Program-made: the position numbers and the translations under genes
NCBI RefSeq assembly: GCF_006345805.1
Contig: NC_043003.1
Coordinates: forward strand, 8,742,001-8,806,000
Direction of reading: 5' to 3'
Length of the DNA: 64,000 nt
Source of the DNA: Octopus sinensis
Lineage: Eukaryota
Notes under the pieces: model-generated
Database searches by the model: none
Told to the model about the DNA's origin: nothing
What the model saw: the letters and a program-made list of their open reading frames with translations, nothing else
Shown here: in pieces, positions 37,985-51,984 of the stretch
How positions within the stretch are numbered: position 1 is the stretch's first letter
How the letters are laid out: each line of letters starts with the position of its first letter

Positions 37985-38368
37985 TTATTACATCCGCCTT
38001 CACTAAGGCGGAGGTATTGTTCTCAGTCGTGTTTGTTTGTTTGTCCGTGGACAGGATATCTCAGGAACCAATGGAGGGATTCAGATAAAACTTTCAAGGA
38101 TGTTTGGTGTCATGACTGGCACGAACTGATTAGATTTTGGAACCGATCCGATACCGGACAAGGATTCTGATTATTTTTCTTGTTTTATTATCTTTTTTTA
38201 CTGAATTTTTGAGAGCAGTCGGGTTCATTTTCAGTATTCTCGTTTGTGAGAGCAGTCGAGTTTATTTCAGATATTCTCATTTTTAAAAAAAATCATCTCT
38301 GGCTAATCGTTGAGAGGATGTTGGTGTTGCTTTGGCGGAGGTTTGCGCTCTCTCAGTGCTCTTGTCTT
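37985..38368 (+). mobile_element. Helentron-associated non-autonomous element (HINE/DINE-1-like)
   Basis: Starts TTATTACATCCGCC; subterminal inverted copy TTGGCGGAGGT (38332-38342); 3' hairpin GCGCTCTCTCAGTGC; GTTT microsatellite near the 5' end. Confidence 0.75.
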
Positions 38369-38774
38369 ATTATAAAAGGTTCTGTATTTTAATTTATTAT
38401 AAATATTTTTTAAAAAATCCATTTTTCACATATATATTTTTAACTATTTGGATGAAGGTCTGTGACAAATTCTAGCTTTAAACAAACCACAACAAATCTA
38501 ATTAACTTCATAATTTTTTTTTAGCAACCGTACTTTCAATATATCAAAAGAAACGACAGTACGGAGGCAAATGGTATTGGAAATATTAAGATATCTGAAA
38601 CAATAACTTTAGAAACATTTATGAAATCGGAAATGAGCACAAAGTTGGAAACACGATTAAATGTTAAGCTTTCAACATTGTCATGGGTCAATTACCTCTA
38701 TGATTTTAAAGGACAGAGAAACCTATTTGAATGAAATTAAAAGACCACACACTTTGGAATATATGAAAGCATTA

Positions 38775-39575
38775 AGGCGGCGAGCTGGCAGAAACGTTAG
38801 CACGCCAGCGAAAGGCTTAGTGGTATTTCATCTGCCGCTACGTTCTGAGTTCAAATTCTGGCGAGGTCGACTTTGCCTTTCATCCTTTCGCGGTCGATAA
38901 ATTAAGTACCAGTTATACACTGGCGTCGATGTAATCGACTTAATCCGTTTGTTTGTCCCCCCTATGTTTAGCCCCTGGTGGGCAATAAAAAATAAGAAAC
39001 GTTAGCACGCTGGGCGAAATGCTTCGTGATATTTCGTTTGCCGCTACGTTCTGAGTTCAAATTCCGTCGAGATCGACTTTGTTTTTATCCTTTCGGGGTC
39101 GATTAAATAAGTACCAGTTACACACTGGGGTCGATATAATCGACTTAATCCGTTTGTCTGTTCTTGTTTGTCCTCTCTGTGTTTAGCCCCTTGTGGGTAG
39201 TAAAGAAATAGGTATTTCGTCTATCGTTACGTTCTGAGTTCAAATTTCGCCGAGGTCGAATTTGCCTTTCATCCTTTCGGGGTCAATAAAATTAATTACC
39301 AGTTACGCACTGGGGTGGGTGTAATCGACTTAATCCGTGTGTCTGTCCTTGTTTGTCCCCTCTATGTTTCGCCCCTTGTAGGCAATAAAAAAATAAGAAA
39401 CGTTAACACGCTGGGCGAAATGCTTCGTTGTATTTCGTTTGCCGCTACATTCTGAGTTCAAATTCCGTCGAAATCGACTTTGCTTTTCATCCTTTCGGAT
39501 GCGTACTGAGGTCGATCTAATCGACTGGCCCCCTCCCTCAAAATTTCGGGCCTTGTGCCTAGAGTAGAAAAGAAT
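38775..39575 (+). mobile_element. SINE family A array (three A2 modules, then an A1 tail)
   Basis: Repeated modules; junctions restart at AGAAACGTT or GGTATTTCG. Confidence 0.88.
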
Positions 39576-39953
39576 ATACGAGAGCATGTAATTATGAATT
39601 GGCCTCACTTTTTCCACGAATAGAAAAGCGTTTATCAACAAAGTAAATTCATCAAAAGTACCGATTAAGTATGCTGATTGCGCAAGCTAATAATTGCGTT
39701 AAAACCTAATCTCTATTTAAGTTACATAAAGATAAGAAAAGAGGCAACTGTGTCGGAACGTTTACTAGAAGCAGAGACTATAGATATATATAGATATAGA
39801 TATATATAGTTTATAGATATAAACTGGTAGCATAATATTAAAAGTGCAAATCGTCTGTCTTTACGTTCTGAGTTCAAATTTCGCCGAGCTCGACTTTGCC
39901 TTTCAACCTTTCGGGGTCGATAGATTAAGTACCAGTTGCGTACTGAGGTCGAT

Positions 39954-40237
39954 CCAGTGATGGATTGGATCCGTAGACTTCTAATTAGGTTTCCCCTTTC
40001 TGGTTTTGAGAAGCCTAATTTCTCAAGATTGGTATTTGGGCAGTGTGTTACATACCTCAGGGCCCTAATAATTCCAGGTATAAACCTGTACTTGTAATCT
40101 GGATAGAGTACCTGCAGATTTCTCAGAAGTTCAGCGTAGGTGTTCTCTTTTTCACTGATTCAGCTTCATGTTAGCATCCGCTGGGCAGCTAATTTCCACA
40201 ACTGTGCACAGTTTCTCTTCTCTACCATAAATCATTA
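39954..40237 (-). pseudogene. RLE-type (R4/Dong-like) non-LTR endonuclease relic, second family
   Basis: IMIYGREEKLCTVVEISCPADANMKL / ISEKENTYAELLRNLQVLYPDYKYRFIPGIIRAL... aligns with the RPDIVV..LIDVSIPADDN..EKLSKY..IPIIVGALG region of 56128-56640; one frameshift. Confidence 0.8.
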
Positions 40238-40415
40238 TGTATGTATGTATGTATGTGCCCCAGTATGACCGAAGTTTTGAAACAAACATTTTAAAGAATT
40301 TAAAGTATCATGTATATATATATATACACACATATATGTCTGTATATATATACTTGGAAATGGATGCGTGGCGTTCGATCATATAATAATATAAATAATA
40401 TATAATATATATATA

Positions 40416-40472
<57 letters not shown>

Positions 40473-41059
40473 CGTATGTACATACCTACATCTATATGTA
40501 TATATACATGCATATACGGGTGCAGGACATTAAAAAAAACGTAGACAAAATGAGAAACGTGAACATAAAAAGCAAAAACATAGAAAACGAACTTTTTTTC
40601 GAACAACGAAAGAAAGAAACAGAGAAACGAGACAGGCAACATAAAGAACATCCCCTTCATCTGTTGTCCCCTGATTTGCGTGTATGTGTGTGTATGTGTG
40701 TGTATGATACAAACATAAATACAATTTATGGATCTTAAGAGACCAATGCGAGAAACCCGCAAATATATTTATATACGCAGGATATACGCAAAAAAAAAAA
40801 AAATATGCATTCATTGATATCCATAACTACGCGTACCCAAACATACACACGTACACGTACACACACACACACACACACACACATACGTACCCAGACACAC
40901 ACACACATACGTACCCAAACACACACACGTATACACACGCACACATATTTCCGCTGATTAAGTCTAACGAAACAACTTTCCACCTACAACCATCCCCATC
41001 TTTTCAGGAAACCAGCTAAATGTCTGTTAGCATAGCCTATTATAGACACCACCTACGTC

Positions 41060-41348
41060 ACACAAGCAGCAGCAGGAGCCCTAGCAGCAGCAGCAGCAGC
41101 AGTGGCTGCGGCGGCGGCGGCGGTGGTGGCGTCGACGACGACGGCAGAGGCGGCAGCGGCGGCGGCAACGTGGGCGGCATCAGCGGCGGTGGCGGAGTGG
41201 GGAAGGGAGGGGACGGGGCAGTAGCGGAGCGGAGGTGGGAGTAACGGCTGTAGTGATGGTTCCGGCGGTGACATTGCTACTACTACTACTGCTACTACTA
41301 CTACCACCACCACCACCACCACCACCACAACTACCATCACGACTACTA

Positions 41349-41401
<53 letters not shown>

Positions 41402-41469
41402 CACCACCACCACCACCACTACTACTACTACCATCACGACTACTACCACCACGACTACTACTACTACTA

Positions 41470-41523
<54 letters not shown>

Positions 41524-41600
41524 CGCCACTGCCCTCACTGCCACCATTACCACGACCTCCACCACCACCATCATCATCATCATCATCATCATTACTGGCG
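41060..41600. repeat. GC-rich compound trinucleotide tract (CAG/GCG/GAC/CTA/CCA/CAT)
   Basis: Directly visible; the most CpG-dense stretch I noticed in the window. Confidence 0.9.
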
Positions 41601-42300
41601 CTAACTCTCTGGAGCCACCCTGGAAGCAAGAACGTAGACATTCATAGAGATGTGTGTGTATGTGTGTGGGTGAGCGAGCGAGAGAGAAAGAGAAAGAGAA
41701 AGGGAGAGAGGAAGAGAGACAGAGAGAAAGACGGATATATATATATATATATATATATTCATTCTTTTATTCTTTAATTCTCTTGTTTCAGTCATTTGAC
41801 TGCGGCCATGCTGGAGCACCGCCTTTTAGTCGAGCAAATCGACCCCAGGACTTATTCTCTGTAAGCCTAGTATTTATTCGATTGGTCTCTTTTTGCCGAA
41901 CCGCTGAGTTACGGGGACCAGCATTTGACTGAAACAAATAAAAGAATAAAAGAACAAAAGAAAATTTCATTTGTTTCATGAAAGAATGAACCTACATATG
42001 TATGTATGTATGTTCGTACTTATGTATGTATGTATGTATGCTCGTACTTATGTATGTATGTATGCAGAACACACTAAGAGGCATGAAGTCTCATTTGAAT
42101 ACACACACACACACACACACACGCAGACACGCAGACACACAAGCACAAACAAAACAAACAAGCACTCTCACACAAATTCTGGGTGGAGTCATTTAAGAAT
42201 GAGAAGTTATAGACTTTACTTCAATTCATATCTATGTAACACGTGATCATATGAAAATACGTGAACACGCACATTTACACACACACACACACACACACAT

Positions 42301-42629
42301 GCACAAACGCGCGCGCATATATCTATGTATATGAGTACACTTCTCAAATTCTATACCCATACACATGTATGTATATGTATATATGTATGAATATATATAT
42401 ATATATTATATATATATATATATATATAACTCTTTTACTTGTTTCAGTCATTTGACTGCGGCCATGCTGGAGCACCGCCTTTAGTCGAGCAAATCGACCC
42501 AGGACTTATTCTTTGTAAGCCTAGTACTTATTCTATCCGCTCCTTTTGCCGAACCGCTTGGCTACAGGGACGTAAACACACCAGCATCAGTTGTCAAGCG
42601 ATGTTCGGGAGACAAACACAGACACACAA

Positions 42630-42668
<39 letters not shown>

Positions 42669-42829
42669 CGACGGGCTTCTTTCAGTTTCCGTCTACGAAA
42701 TCCACTCATAAGGCTTTGGTCGGCCCGAGGCTATAGTAGAAGACACTTGCCCGAGGTGCCACGCAGTGGGACTGAACCCGGAACCACGTGGTTTGTAAGC
42801 AAGCTACTTACCACACAGCCACTACTACG

Positions 42830-42879
<50 letters not shown>

Positions 42880-43499
42880 CACACATACATACATACATAC
42901 ATACATACATACATACATACATACATACATACATACATACATGCCCTGAATCTGTGGCAAATTAGTCATAAGGTGTACGTAATAAGCCGTGAGGCGCACA
43001 GCGTTAATTAACAGCGAATCCATTAGCGTTCGCACCGCTCTTAAGAACACAAGGACTCTCAAAGACACGTGTGCACGCACAGTGACACACAAACACAATG
43101 ATACACATTCTACCGGAGTGTAAAATGTCGGGTGGTATGCATACACACTCAGACACACTTACACACATACACACACACACACCCACATGCACAAACGCGC
43201 GCGCATATATCTATGTATATGAGTACACTTCTCAATTCTATACCCATACACATGTATGTATATGTATATATGTATGAATATATATATATATATATATAAC
43301 TCTTTTACTTGTTTCAGTCATTTGACTGCGGCCATGCTGGAGCACCGCCTTTAGTCGAGCAAATCGACCCAGGACTTGTTCTTTGTAAGCCTAGTACTTA
43401 TTCTATCCGCTCCTTTTGCCGAACCGCTTAGCTACAGGGACATAAACACACCAGCATCAGTTGTCAAGCGATGTTCGGGAGACAAACACAGACACACAA

Positions 43500-43534
<35 letters not shown>

Positions 43535-43709
43535 CGACGGGCTTCTTTCAGTTTCCGTCTACGAAATCCACTCATAAGGCTTTGGTCGGCCCGAGGCTAT
43601 AGTAGAAGACACTTGCCCGAGGTGCCACGCAGTGGGACTGAACCCGGAACCACGTGGTTTGTAAGCAAGCTACTTACCACACAGCCACTACTACGCCTAT
43701 ATATATATA

Positions 43710-43740
<31 letters not shown>

Positions 43741-44060
43741 CATACACACATACATACATACATACTACATACATACATACATACATACATACATACATAC
43801 ATACATGCCTGAATCTGTGGCAAATTAGTCATAAGGTGTACGTAATAAGCCGTGAGGCGCACAGCGTTAATTAACAGCGAATCCATTAGCGTTCGCACCG
43901 CTCTTAAGAACACAAGGACTCTCAAAGACACGTGTGCACGCACAGTGACACACAAACACAATGATACACATTCTACCGGAGTGTAAAATGTCGGGTGGTA
44001 TGCATACACACTCAGACACACTTACACACATACACACACACACACACACCACACACACAC
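42301..44060. repeat. Near-identical tandem duplication, 888-bp period, each unit containing a minus-strand SINE B
   Basis: GCACAAACGCGCGCG starts at 42301 and 43189; both units are bounded by (CA)n. Confidence 0.9.
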
Positions 44061-44115
44061 ACACATATACATTCAGTTATTTATTTATTGACTTCTGTGT
44101 ATATGTGTGTATGCG

Positions 44116-44160
<45 letters not shown>

Positions 44161-44793
44161 TGGCTGACTTACTGACACACAAACACACTGACATATACAT
44201 TTAGCTCACAATATGAGTTAAGCAGACGTATAAAGTAGCATGGCGGTTCATATGACTAACACACACTCATACACTGGCGCAAACTATGTGTGTATATATG
44301 TGTATATATATATATGTCAGACACACACTCAGCCCTAAATATTTCCATATTTTTTTTATGCTGATGCGCGTTATCAGACATACGTAGCTTGTGGTATTTA
44401 GTTTAGTATGTCACATGTATGAATGTGGATCCCCCTTACCATTTTGAGTTCATTTCTACTGAACCAAATATCTTAATATATTCGGTCTTCTTGTTTCTGT
44501 TGTTGTCGTCGTCGCTGTTGGCCTCTTGGGCAGGTCTGTTATCAAAATTGTTTTCCAATTACGACTATGACACTTCAGTCTTTTTCGTATATTAAGGACG
44601 CACTACATCCCATCCGTTGTGTATCGTTCTTTGTATAAGCCTCTATCTGTCCTCTGTGTCACATGTGATACAGAAGACGTATGTCCTTGGCGTCAATGGA
44701 TCACATATGATAGGAACGCAGGATTAGTGTAAAGGAAATCAGAACGTATGAAACTAGCACCGAAAGTCCCTCGGTTAAGACCCCGTGTGTTCC

Positions 44794-44849
<56 letters not shown>

Positions 44850-44894
44850 TAATAATAATAATGATAATAATAATAATAATAATAATAATATAAT

Positions 44895-45145
44895 GAAATT
44901 ATTGTATACAGTGCTCAGGTGCACCACAACTTGTCAAAAGTGCGTATAAGGCATATGCAGTAATGTACAAATGTCTGGAAAATGAACAGTGTATGAGTCA
45001 GATACATGCTTACGTGTGTATGGAGGGGAGAAAGTCAGGTGTAGTGTTGGCGAATCTCAGGAAGCATGGAAGTTTTGAAGGATGCAGTGCTCCGACAACT
45101 AGCAATTGATGCCGGCAGTTTGTTCCACGCTTCAGCAACTCTTAG
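44895..45145 (-). mobile_element. CR1/L2-group LINE 3' fragment with (ATT)n tail
   Basis: Minus-strand LRVAEAWNKLPASIASCRSTASFKTSM is the classic CR1 C-terminal WNKLP...SFK motif. Confidence 0.8.
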
Positions 45146-45859
45146 TTGATCCGGTCAACGGAACAGCCTGCTCATGAAATTAACGTGCAAGTGGTTGAGC
45201 ATCTCACAAACACGCATACTCTTAACGTCGTTCTCAAGAAGATTTCGCGTCACAGAATGTGACAAGGCTGGCCCTATGAGCTACAAGTACAACTCATTTT
45301 TACCAGCTGACTTCACCGGAGCAATGTCAAAATAAAAGAGAAAAGAAGAAATATAAAAAGGGCCTTGCTCAAGGACTAAATAAAAGTATGAAAACGAACA
45401 GGGACATTTAGGACACACTTATGAAAATTATTTGAATTGGAAAATAGTTAGGAATGGTAATGGTGTATTTTGATGAGATTTGACTTGTTATTTCTAGCGT
45501 TTGGTATCACTGAGGAGAGAGACAAAATATTTTGCTACAGATGGGACGGACGAAATGTTTTGCGGTATTTATTCGTTCTGCTTTCATATTCCACCGAGGT
45601 CATCTTTTATTCTTCCAGGGATTTATATAATAAAGTACCAGTGGAATACTTGGGCTGGTATAATCGACTGGCTCTGTAATCAATTTTCTGGTCGTTGCTT
45701 ACGTCTGAAATCAATAATTTAGTAACAATTTATCGTTGTTTTTGTAAAGTTCGCTTTGCAACCACGTCGTTTCAGGTTCAGTCCCACTCATCGGTACCTT
45801 GGGGGCAAGTGTCTTCTGCTATAACTAATCCCAGGTAAAAAAAAAAAACACATTACAGT

Positions 45860-46570
45860 AAATGACTCTTTTTTTCCTTTCTTTTTTTGGTTCATAGGAT
45901 TATGCTCAAGGTGGCTCCGTCATTCACACGTGCCATCCTTGCTACATTCACCCACCTTTTTTTGAAACATTCACTAGACAAAACTTCCCTCTCTACTCTC
46001 ACCTTCCTCTTGAAGTGATACTTGAAGAAGTTGATGAGAGATTGACCAGAGAGGTAAGTGTTTGTCTCTAGACCTTTCAGATGCATTCACCATACACATT
46101 CTTTCGCCATAGCCACAAGTACGATGAAAATGGCTCTTCCTTCCCGTTTCAAGGAAGAAGGCGCGACAATATTCACGATAGACTTGGTTGATAAACTGAC
46201 CCTTCCAACACGCGATAGCGGTCGTTCGACATAGGCCCACAGGTCGGAAATGGTCGGACACTGCATGATTGCGTGCAGAAAGGCTTCGTCGCTCTGACCG
46301 CATCTCGGGCAGGTCGGCCCCATGTTTCTCGACCCATGAATGTAGATCTTATCTCGAACGGGTAGCGCTTCTCGATAGCACTGCCAGGCCAGGGATCTCC
46401 GGAAGTTATCTATAGGTCCCGGCCCGAAAGTCATCTTGAACAGGCGGGTCGGGTATTCCTCATCGACGCCCAGGTTCGCCCCGAAATCGTCGTCGTACCT
46501 CCCCTCCACTAATCCCCTATAGAATGCTTTGGTTGTGTTGCAGTCGCTCAAGATCAACCTGGGACGGCAT
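45860..46570 (-). mobile_element. L1/Tx1-clade LINE 3' fragment (zf-RVT / CCHC region)
   Basis: ORFs 46087-46557 and 45892-46086: LAWQCYREALPVRDK..GPTCPRCGQSDEAFLHAIMQCP..LWAYVE; A-rich 3' end; 5' truncated against (GT)n. Confidence 0.85.
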
Positions 46571-46588
46571 AGTTGCTAGAGAGCAATA

Positions 46589-46695
<107 letters not shown>

Positions 46696-47799
46696 TGTGC
46701 GTGTGCATCAATCACTCTAGGTCACAAGAACAAGATTTATTTAATCATCCTCATTAGCTTACTGTTGTTTCTGCCACTAAAAAGTAGTGCACTCAGAGTT
46801 GAGTTACTGATGCATTGACAGATTTCGGTTCACATGCTATGATAAATAGTTGGAGGGGAGAAATCGTATGTAAGCAGGAACTACATGTATAAAATAATTA
46901 AAATTAATTAGATGGAATTAAATGTAATTATACTACACCCTATGTACAGGCTTAAATAAATTGCTTTGATTTGTAATATGACAGTCCATACGTATGTGAG
47001 TGCGCGTGTGCATGTATATATTTGAAAAATTATTAAGAAAGCATTTTTGACCACCTCAGTATTCGAAAGAAGATTTTCTTAAATTAGAATTATTGATTAT
47101 ATATGAAAAAAAGTATCTTAACATACAGAATGATGTGTAAGCGCTTTCGCTGTTGACAGATTTTCAAACTCACGTATTGTGGGGCAATTTATATAGAGGA
47201 AGACATTTATAGTAGTAGTGTTGAATGTCATCGGTTTAGTTTCGAATTTTTATTTTTTGATAATTTTCTTTCTTTATTTTGAAAAAAAAAAAGGTTATTT
47301 TAAATTTTCCATTTGTACAGATACCTAGTTGTTCACCACATACGACATTTCAAATAGATACATTTTTGATATTTTGTTTATGCCCTCTAACCTGTTGTAT
47401 TAATTTCGATCCCATTTAGTCATATAATTCTCATTTCATTGTCGGCATGAGATGCAGTAAATGAGATTTCTTTTTGTTTTGTTTTGAAATTTGTTTTCGC
47501 ATTAACGCTCAATTCCTTCAATTATTCTTCAGTTATCTGGTTTAGCCCTGTTCAGCAATTTAACACACTCCACAGCAAGGGTTTCCGCGGTTCATTATCT
47601 CCTTTATGTCTTCTGATGTGAATTTCGTATTTCTTAAGAGTCTCTTAAAAGTAAATGATTGTCCTTGACTGTTGATAATTTGTGATTATTTAATTAGTTT
47701 CCCGCGAGTTGATGGTTAAAGATTGGAAGGTATCATTTGGCCGAATGTAAGATGTATAAGATTATGGATATTTACAAATAGAGAAAGTTGTAGTGAAAG

Positions 47800-47955
47800 A
47801 GTAGAGCACGCTTCGCCACCACCCACTGCCGGAACATCGTGGAGCTCTAGGTGTTTTCGCTCAATAAACACTCACAACGCCCGGTGTGGGAATCGAAACC
47901 ACGATCTTACGACCGCGAGTCCGCTGCCCCAACCACTGGGCCATTGCGCCTCCAC
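47800..47955 (-). mobile_element. SINE family C, 5' part
   Basis: Reverse complement of the 9175-9320 head region. Confidence 0.85.
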
Positions 47956-48370
47956 ATACACGTTCATATCTAATCACACTCAAGTGACCATTCTTACTGT
48001 CTCATTCATTACCGAAAGGAAATTTGCTTCGTCTTTACGGGGAAACACAACTCACGTAAAAATACACATGCATACACTATTTCTTCTCGAATGACAGTTA
48101 ATTAACAGGTAGAATTCGGTTATCTTTTAATTTTTACTTGTTTCAGCCATTGAGCTGCGGCCATGCTGGAGTTCGCCTTGAACGGTTTCAGTGAAAAAGG
48201 TCGTGTACAGTAGTTATTTTAAAGTCAGGTACTTATACTATTGGTGTCTTTTGCCGAACGGCTAAGGTAGAGGGACGTGAACACACCAACACTGCTTTTC
48301 AAGTGATGAAGGGAAAAAACGCAAAAGACACAGCTATTTATATCCCACCCACACACATACACACATTATT

Positions 48371-48600
48371 GAGAAATCTGCAGTTACTCTATGCAGATTA
48401 CAAGTTGCCTAAATACCAATCTTGAGAAATTACGCTTCTCAAAACCAGAAAGGAGAAAGCTGATACAAAGACTACAGATCCAATCCATCACTGGAACTGT
48501 AAAAATCTGGAAAACTTTCCAGAAGTTTATCATTTAAATAGATATGAGCATGTCTAGATATGTAACTGTATGCATGAGAATACATACATAAAACATACAA
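48371..48600 (+). pseudogene. RLE-type non-LTR 3' end (same family as 39954-40237) with short 3' UTR
   Basis: LRNLQLLYADYK ... QIQSITGTVKIWKTFQKFII-stop; internal deletion relative to the 40-kb copy; runs into (TACA)n. Confidence 0.78.
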
Positions 48601-49142
48601 ATCTGTACATACATATATATATACATATATACATACATACATACATACATACATACGTACATACATGCAAGCATATATACATACATATATGCATACATAC
48701 ATACTTACATATATGCATAGATAGATAGATCGCTCGATAGATAGATAGATAGATACATGCATACATACATGTATACATGCATACATACATACATACATAC
48801 ATACATACATACATACATACATACATGCATGCATACATGCATACATGCATACATACATGCATACATACATGCATACATACATCATACATACATACATACA
48901 TACATGCATACATACATGTATACATGCATACATACATACATACATACATACATACATACATACATACATACATACATACATGCATACATACATGTATACA
49001 TGCATACATACATACATACATACATACATACATACATACATACATACATACATACATACATGCATGCATACATGCATACATGCATACATACATGCATACA
49101 TGCATACATACATGCATACATACATGCATACATACATACAAA
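48600..49142. repeat. Long (TACA)n/(TGCA) microsatellite
   Basis: Directly visible, about 540 bp. Confidence 0.95.
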
Positions 49143-49834
49143 CACACGGCGGGCTTCCACTTGTTTCTGAGTATCAAATTCACTCACAAGGCATTCCTCG
49201 GATCCAGGCTACAACGGAAGACACTTGGCGCATTTGCCACACAGTAGAACTGAACTCGAAACGGCGTGATTGATAGCAAAGCTAGTTTGTCCCTCCTTTA
49301 AACATGTTTAAAAGCTGTGGTGACAAGCACTTGAGCAAGCAGACCTTCCACATGCAGACACAGTGAAAAACGACTCCGTTTACCAACTGCACTATTTATA
49401 AACAGAACAGAACAAACCAAAACCAAAAACAAACAAAAAAAGAACTGTTAGCCATGTCTGCATACAGCTTTGACACAAACAATCTGTTACATGTACGCAG
49501 TGGTATAATGTCAGGATATTCAATAACAGATATACTCAACACACGAACACACTGACATAACCATGCCGCAACAACGCTTTTAAACTAGACGTATGAAGTA
49601 ACATTTTCAGAAAGACACAAACGTTACAAGCCACACACGCAGATGTTCACATTGTTATTTCTATATTTTCATGCCGCGACGTGTTATTAGATTGTGTTAA
49701 AATGTAAGTACAAAAATAATCCTAGTATAGAGACTGAAACACTGGTGGACAGAAAAGCTAAAACATAGAAGACACTTGGTTCAGCGTAATAGAATTACAT
49801 CTAACACACAGATATATATATACACTCATATAAA

Positions 49835-50246
49835 GCGGCGAGCCGGCAGAAACGTTAGTGCGCCGGGCGAAATGCTTAGCGGTATTTCGTCTGCCGTTAC
49901 GTTCTGCGTTCAAATTCTGCGGAGGTCGACTTTGCCTGTCATCCTTTCGGGGTTGATAAATTAAGTACCAGTAACACACTGGGGTCGATGTAATCGACTT
50001 AATCTCTTGGTCTGTCCATGTTTGTCCCCTATATGTTTAGCCCCTTGTGGGTAATAAAGAAATACGTATTTCGTCTGCCGTTACGTTCTGAGTTCAAATT
50101 CCGCCGAGGTCGACTTTGCCTTTCATCCTTTCGGGGTCGATAAATTAAGTACCAGTAACGCACTGGGGTCGATGTAATCGACTTAATTCCTTGGTCTGTC
50201 CTTGTTTATCCCCTCTATGTTTAGCCCCTTGTGTGCAATAAAGAAA
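49835..50246 (+). mobile_element. SINE family A, two modules
   Basis: Head GCGGCGAGCCGGCAGAAACG and two A2 tails. Confidence 0.9.
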
Positions 50247-50560
50247 TATATATACACACATATGTATGGCTTAGTGGTTAGGGTGTTGCACTCACGATGT
50301 AGCGATCGTGATTTCAATTCCTAGACCAGGTGGTATATTGTATTCTTCAGCAAGACACTTGATCTTGCGTTGCTCTGTTCAGACAACGTCGATTTGATGG
50401 AGAGGGTTGGATTATATATATATATATTTACATACAGATATATATATATATATATGTGTGTGTGTATGTATGTGTATATATATATATATGCATACATATA
50501 TATATATATGCATATACATTTATATTCACATATATATACATATATGTATGTATGTATATA

Positions 50561-50598
<38 letters not shown>

Positions 50599-50661
50599 TC
50601 AACAATTGAGGGTAAAATTAATTAATTAATCAATTTCACCAAGTGTTCAATATGTGTGTGT

Positions 50662-51038
50662 GTGGAGGCGCAATGGCCCAGTGGTTAGGGCAGCGGACTC
50701 GCGGTCATAGGATCGCGGTTTCGATTCCCAGAGTGTGAGTGTTTATTGAGCGAAAACACCTAAAAGCTCCACGCAGCTCCTGCAGGGGATGGTGGTGATC
50801 CCTGCTGTACTCTTTCACCACAACTTTCTCTCACTCTTACTTCCTGTTTCTGTTGTACCTCTATTTCAAAGGGGCGGCCTTGTCACTCTCTGTGTCACGC
50901 TGAATATCCCCGAGAACTACGTTAAGGGTACACGTGTCTGTGGAGTGCTCAGCCACTTACACGTTAATTTCACGAGCAGGGTGTTTCGTTGATTCGGATC
51001 AACCGGAACACTGGTCGTCGTAACCAACGGAGTGCTTC

Positions 51039-51040
<2 letters not shown>
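50662..51040 (+). mobile_element. Full-length SINE family C
   Basis: Collinear with 9173-9560; lies within (TG)n/(CA)n. Confidence 0.92.
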
Positions 51041-51071
<31 letters not shown>

Positions 51072-51090
51072 GTATATATTTATATATATC

Positions 51091-51170
<80 letters not shown>

Positions 51171-51419
51171 TACATACATATGTATATATCTATCTATCTA
51201 TCTATATATATGTATATCTATATACATATATATGTATATATATTTATATATATTCACTCATATATGTGTGAATATATGTATATATACATACATATATATA
51301 ATATATGTTGTGTGTGTGTGTGTGTGTGTGCCTGTGTGTGCCTGTGTGTGTGTGTGTGTGCGTGTGTGTGTGTGTGTAAGTATATATGCATAAATATGTA
51401 TATACTCCTATATATAGGA

Positions 51420-51730
51420 GCACTCGGTCAGTTACGACGACTAAGGTCCCATCTGATACGATCAACGGAACAACTTGCTCGTGAAATTAACGTGCAATCC
51501 ACAGACACGTAAACCCTTGACTTAGTTCTCAGGGAGATTCAGCGTGACACAAAGTGTAACATGGTTGACCCTATAAAATACAGGTACTAATTATGTTTGC
51601 TTGCTGAATGGATTGGATCAGCATGAAATAAAGTGTATTGCTCAAGAACAGAACACGTCGCTGGGAATTGAACTCACAACCTTACCATCATGAGCCGAAT
51701 GCCCTAACAATTTAGCCACGCGCCTTCGCA
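51420..51730 (-). mobile_element. SINE family C2
   Basis: Same domains as 35420-35740. Confidence 0.75.
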
Positions 51731-51798
51731 TATCAAAAAATCATTTGTGCTGGTCGTTCGACAAAAGCAGAACGTTCATAGTCATCTTTGACACATAT

Positions 51799-51896
<98 letters not shown>

Positions 51897-51984
51897 AATA
51901 TATACATACATACATACATACATACATACATACATACATACATACTTACATACATACTTACATATATATATATATACATACATT

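Noticed and set aside
41053-41777. Poly-Ala/Thr/Pro ORFs as a transcription-factor exon
   Set aside because: No recognisable domain, open frames on both strands, and no supported splice sites; kept only as a compositional finding.
45830-45845. TTACCTGG next to the Tx1 3' end, resembling the U1 snRNA 5' end
   Set aside because: Only 8 nt match and the flank is a decayed SINE head, not an snRNA gene.
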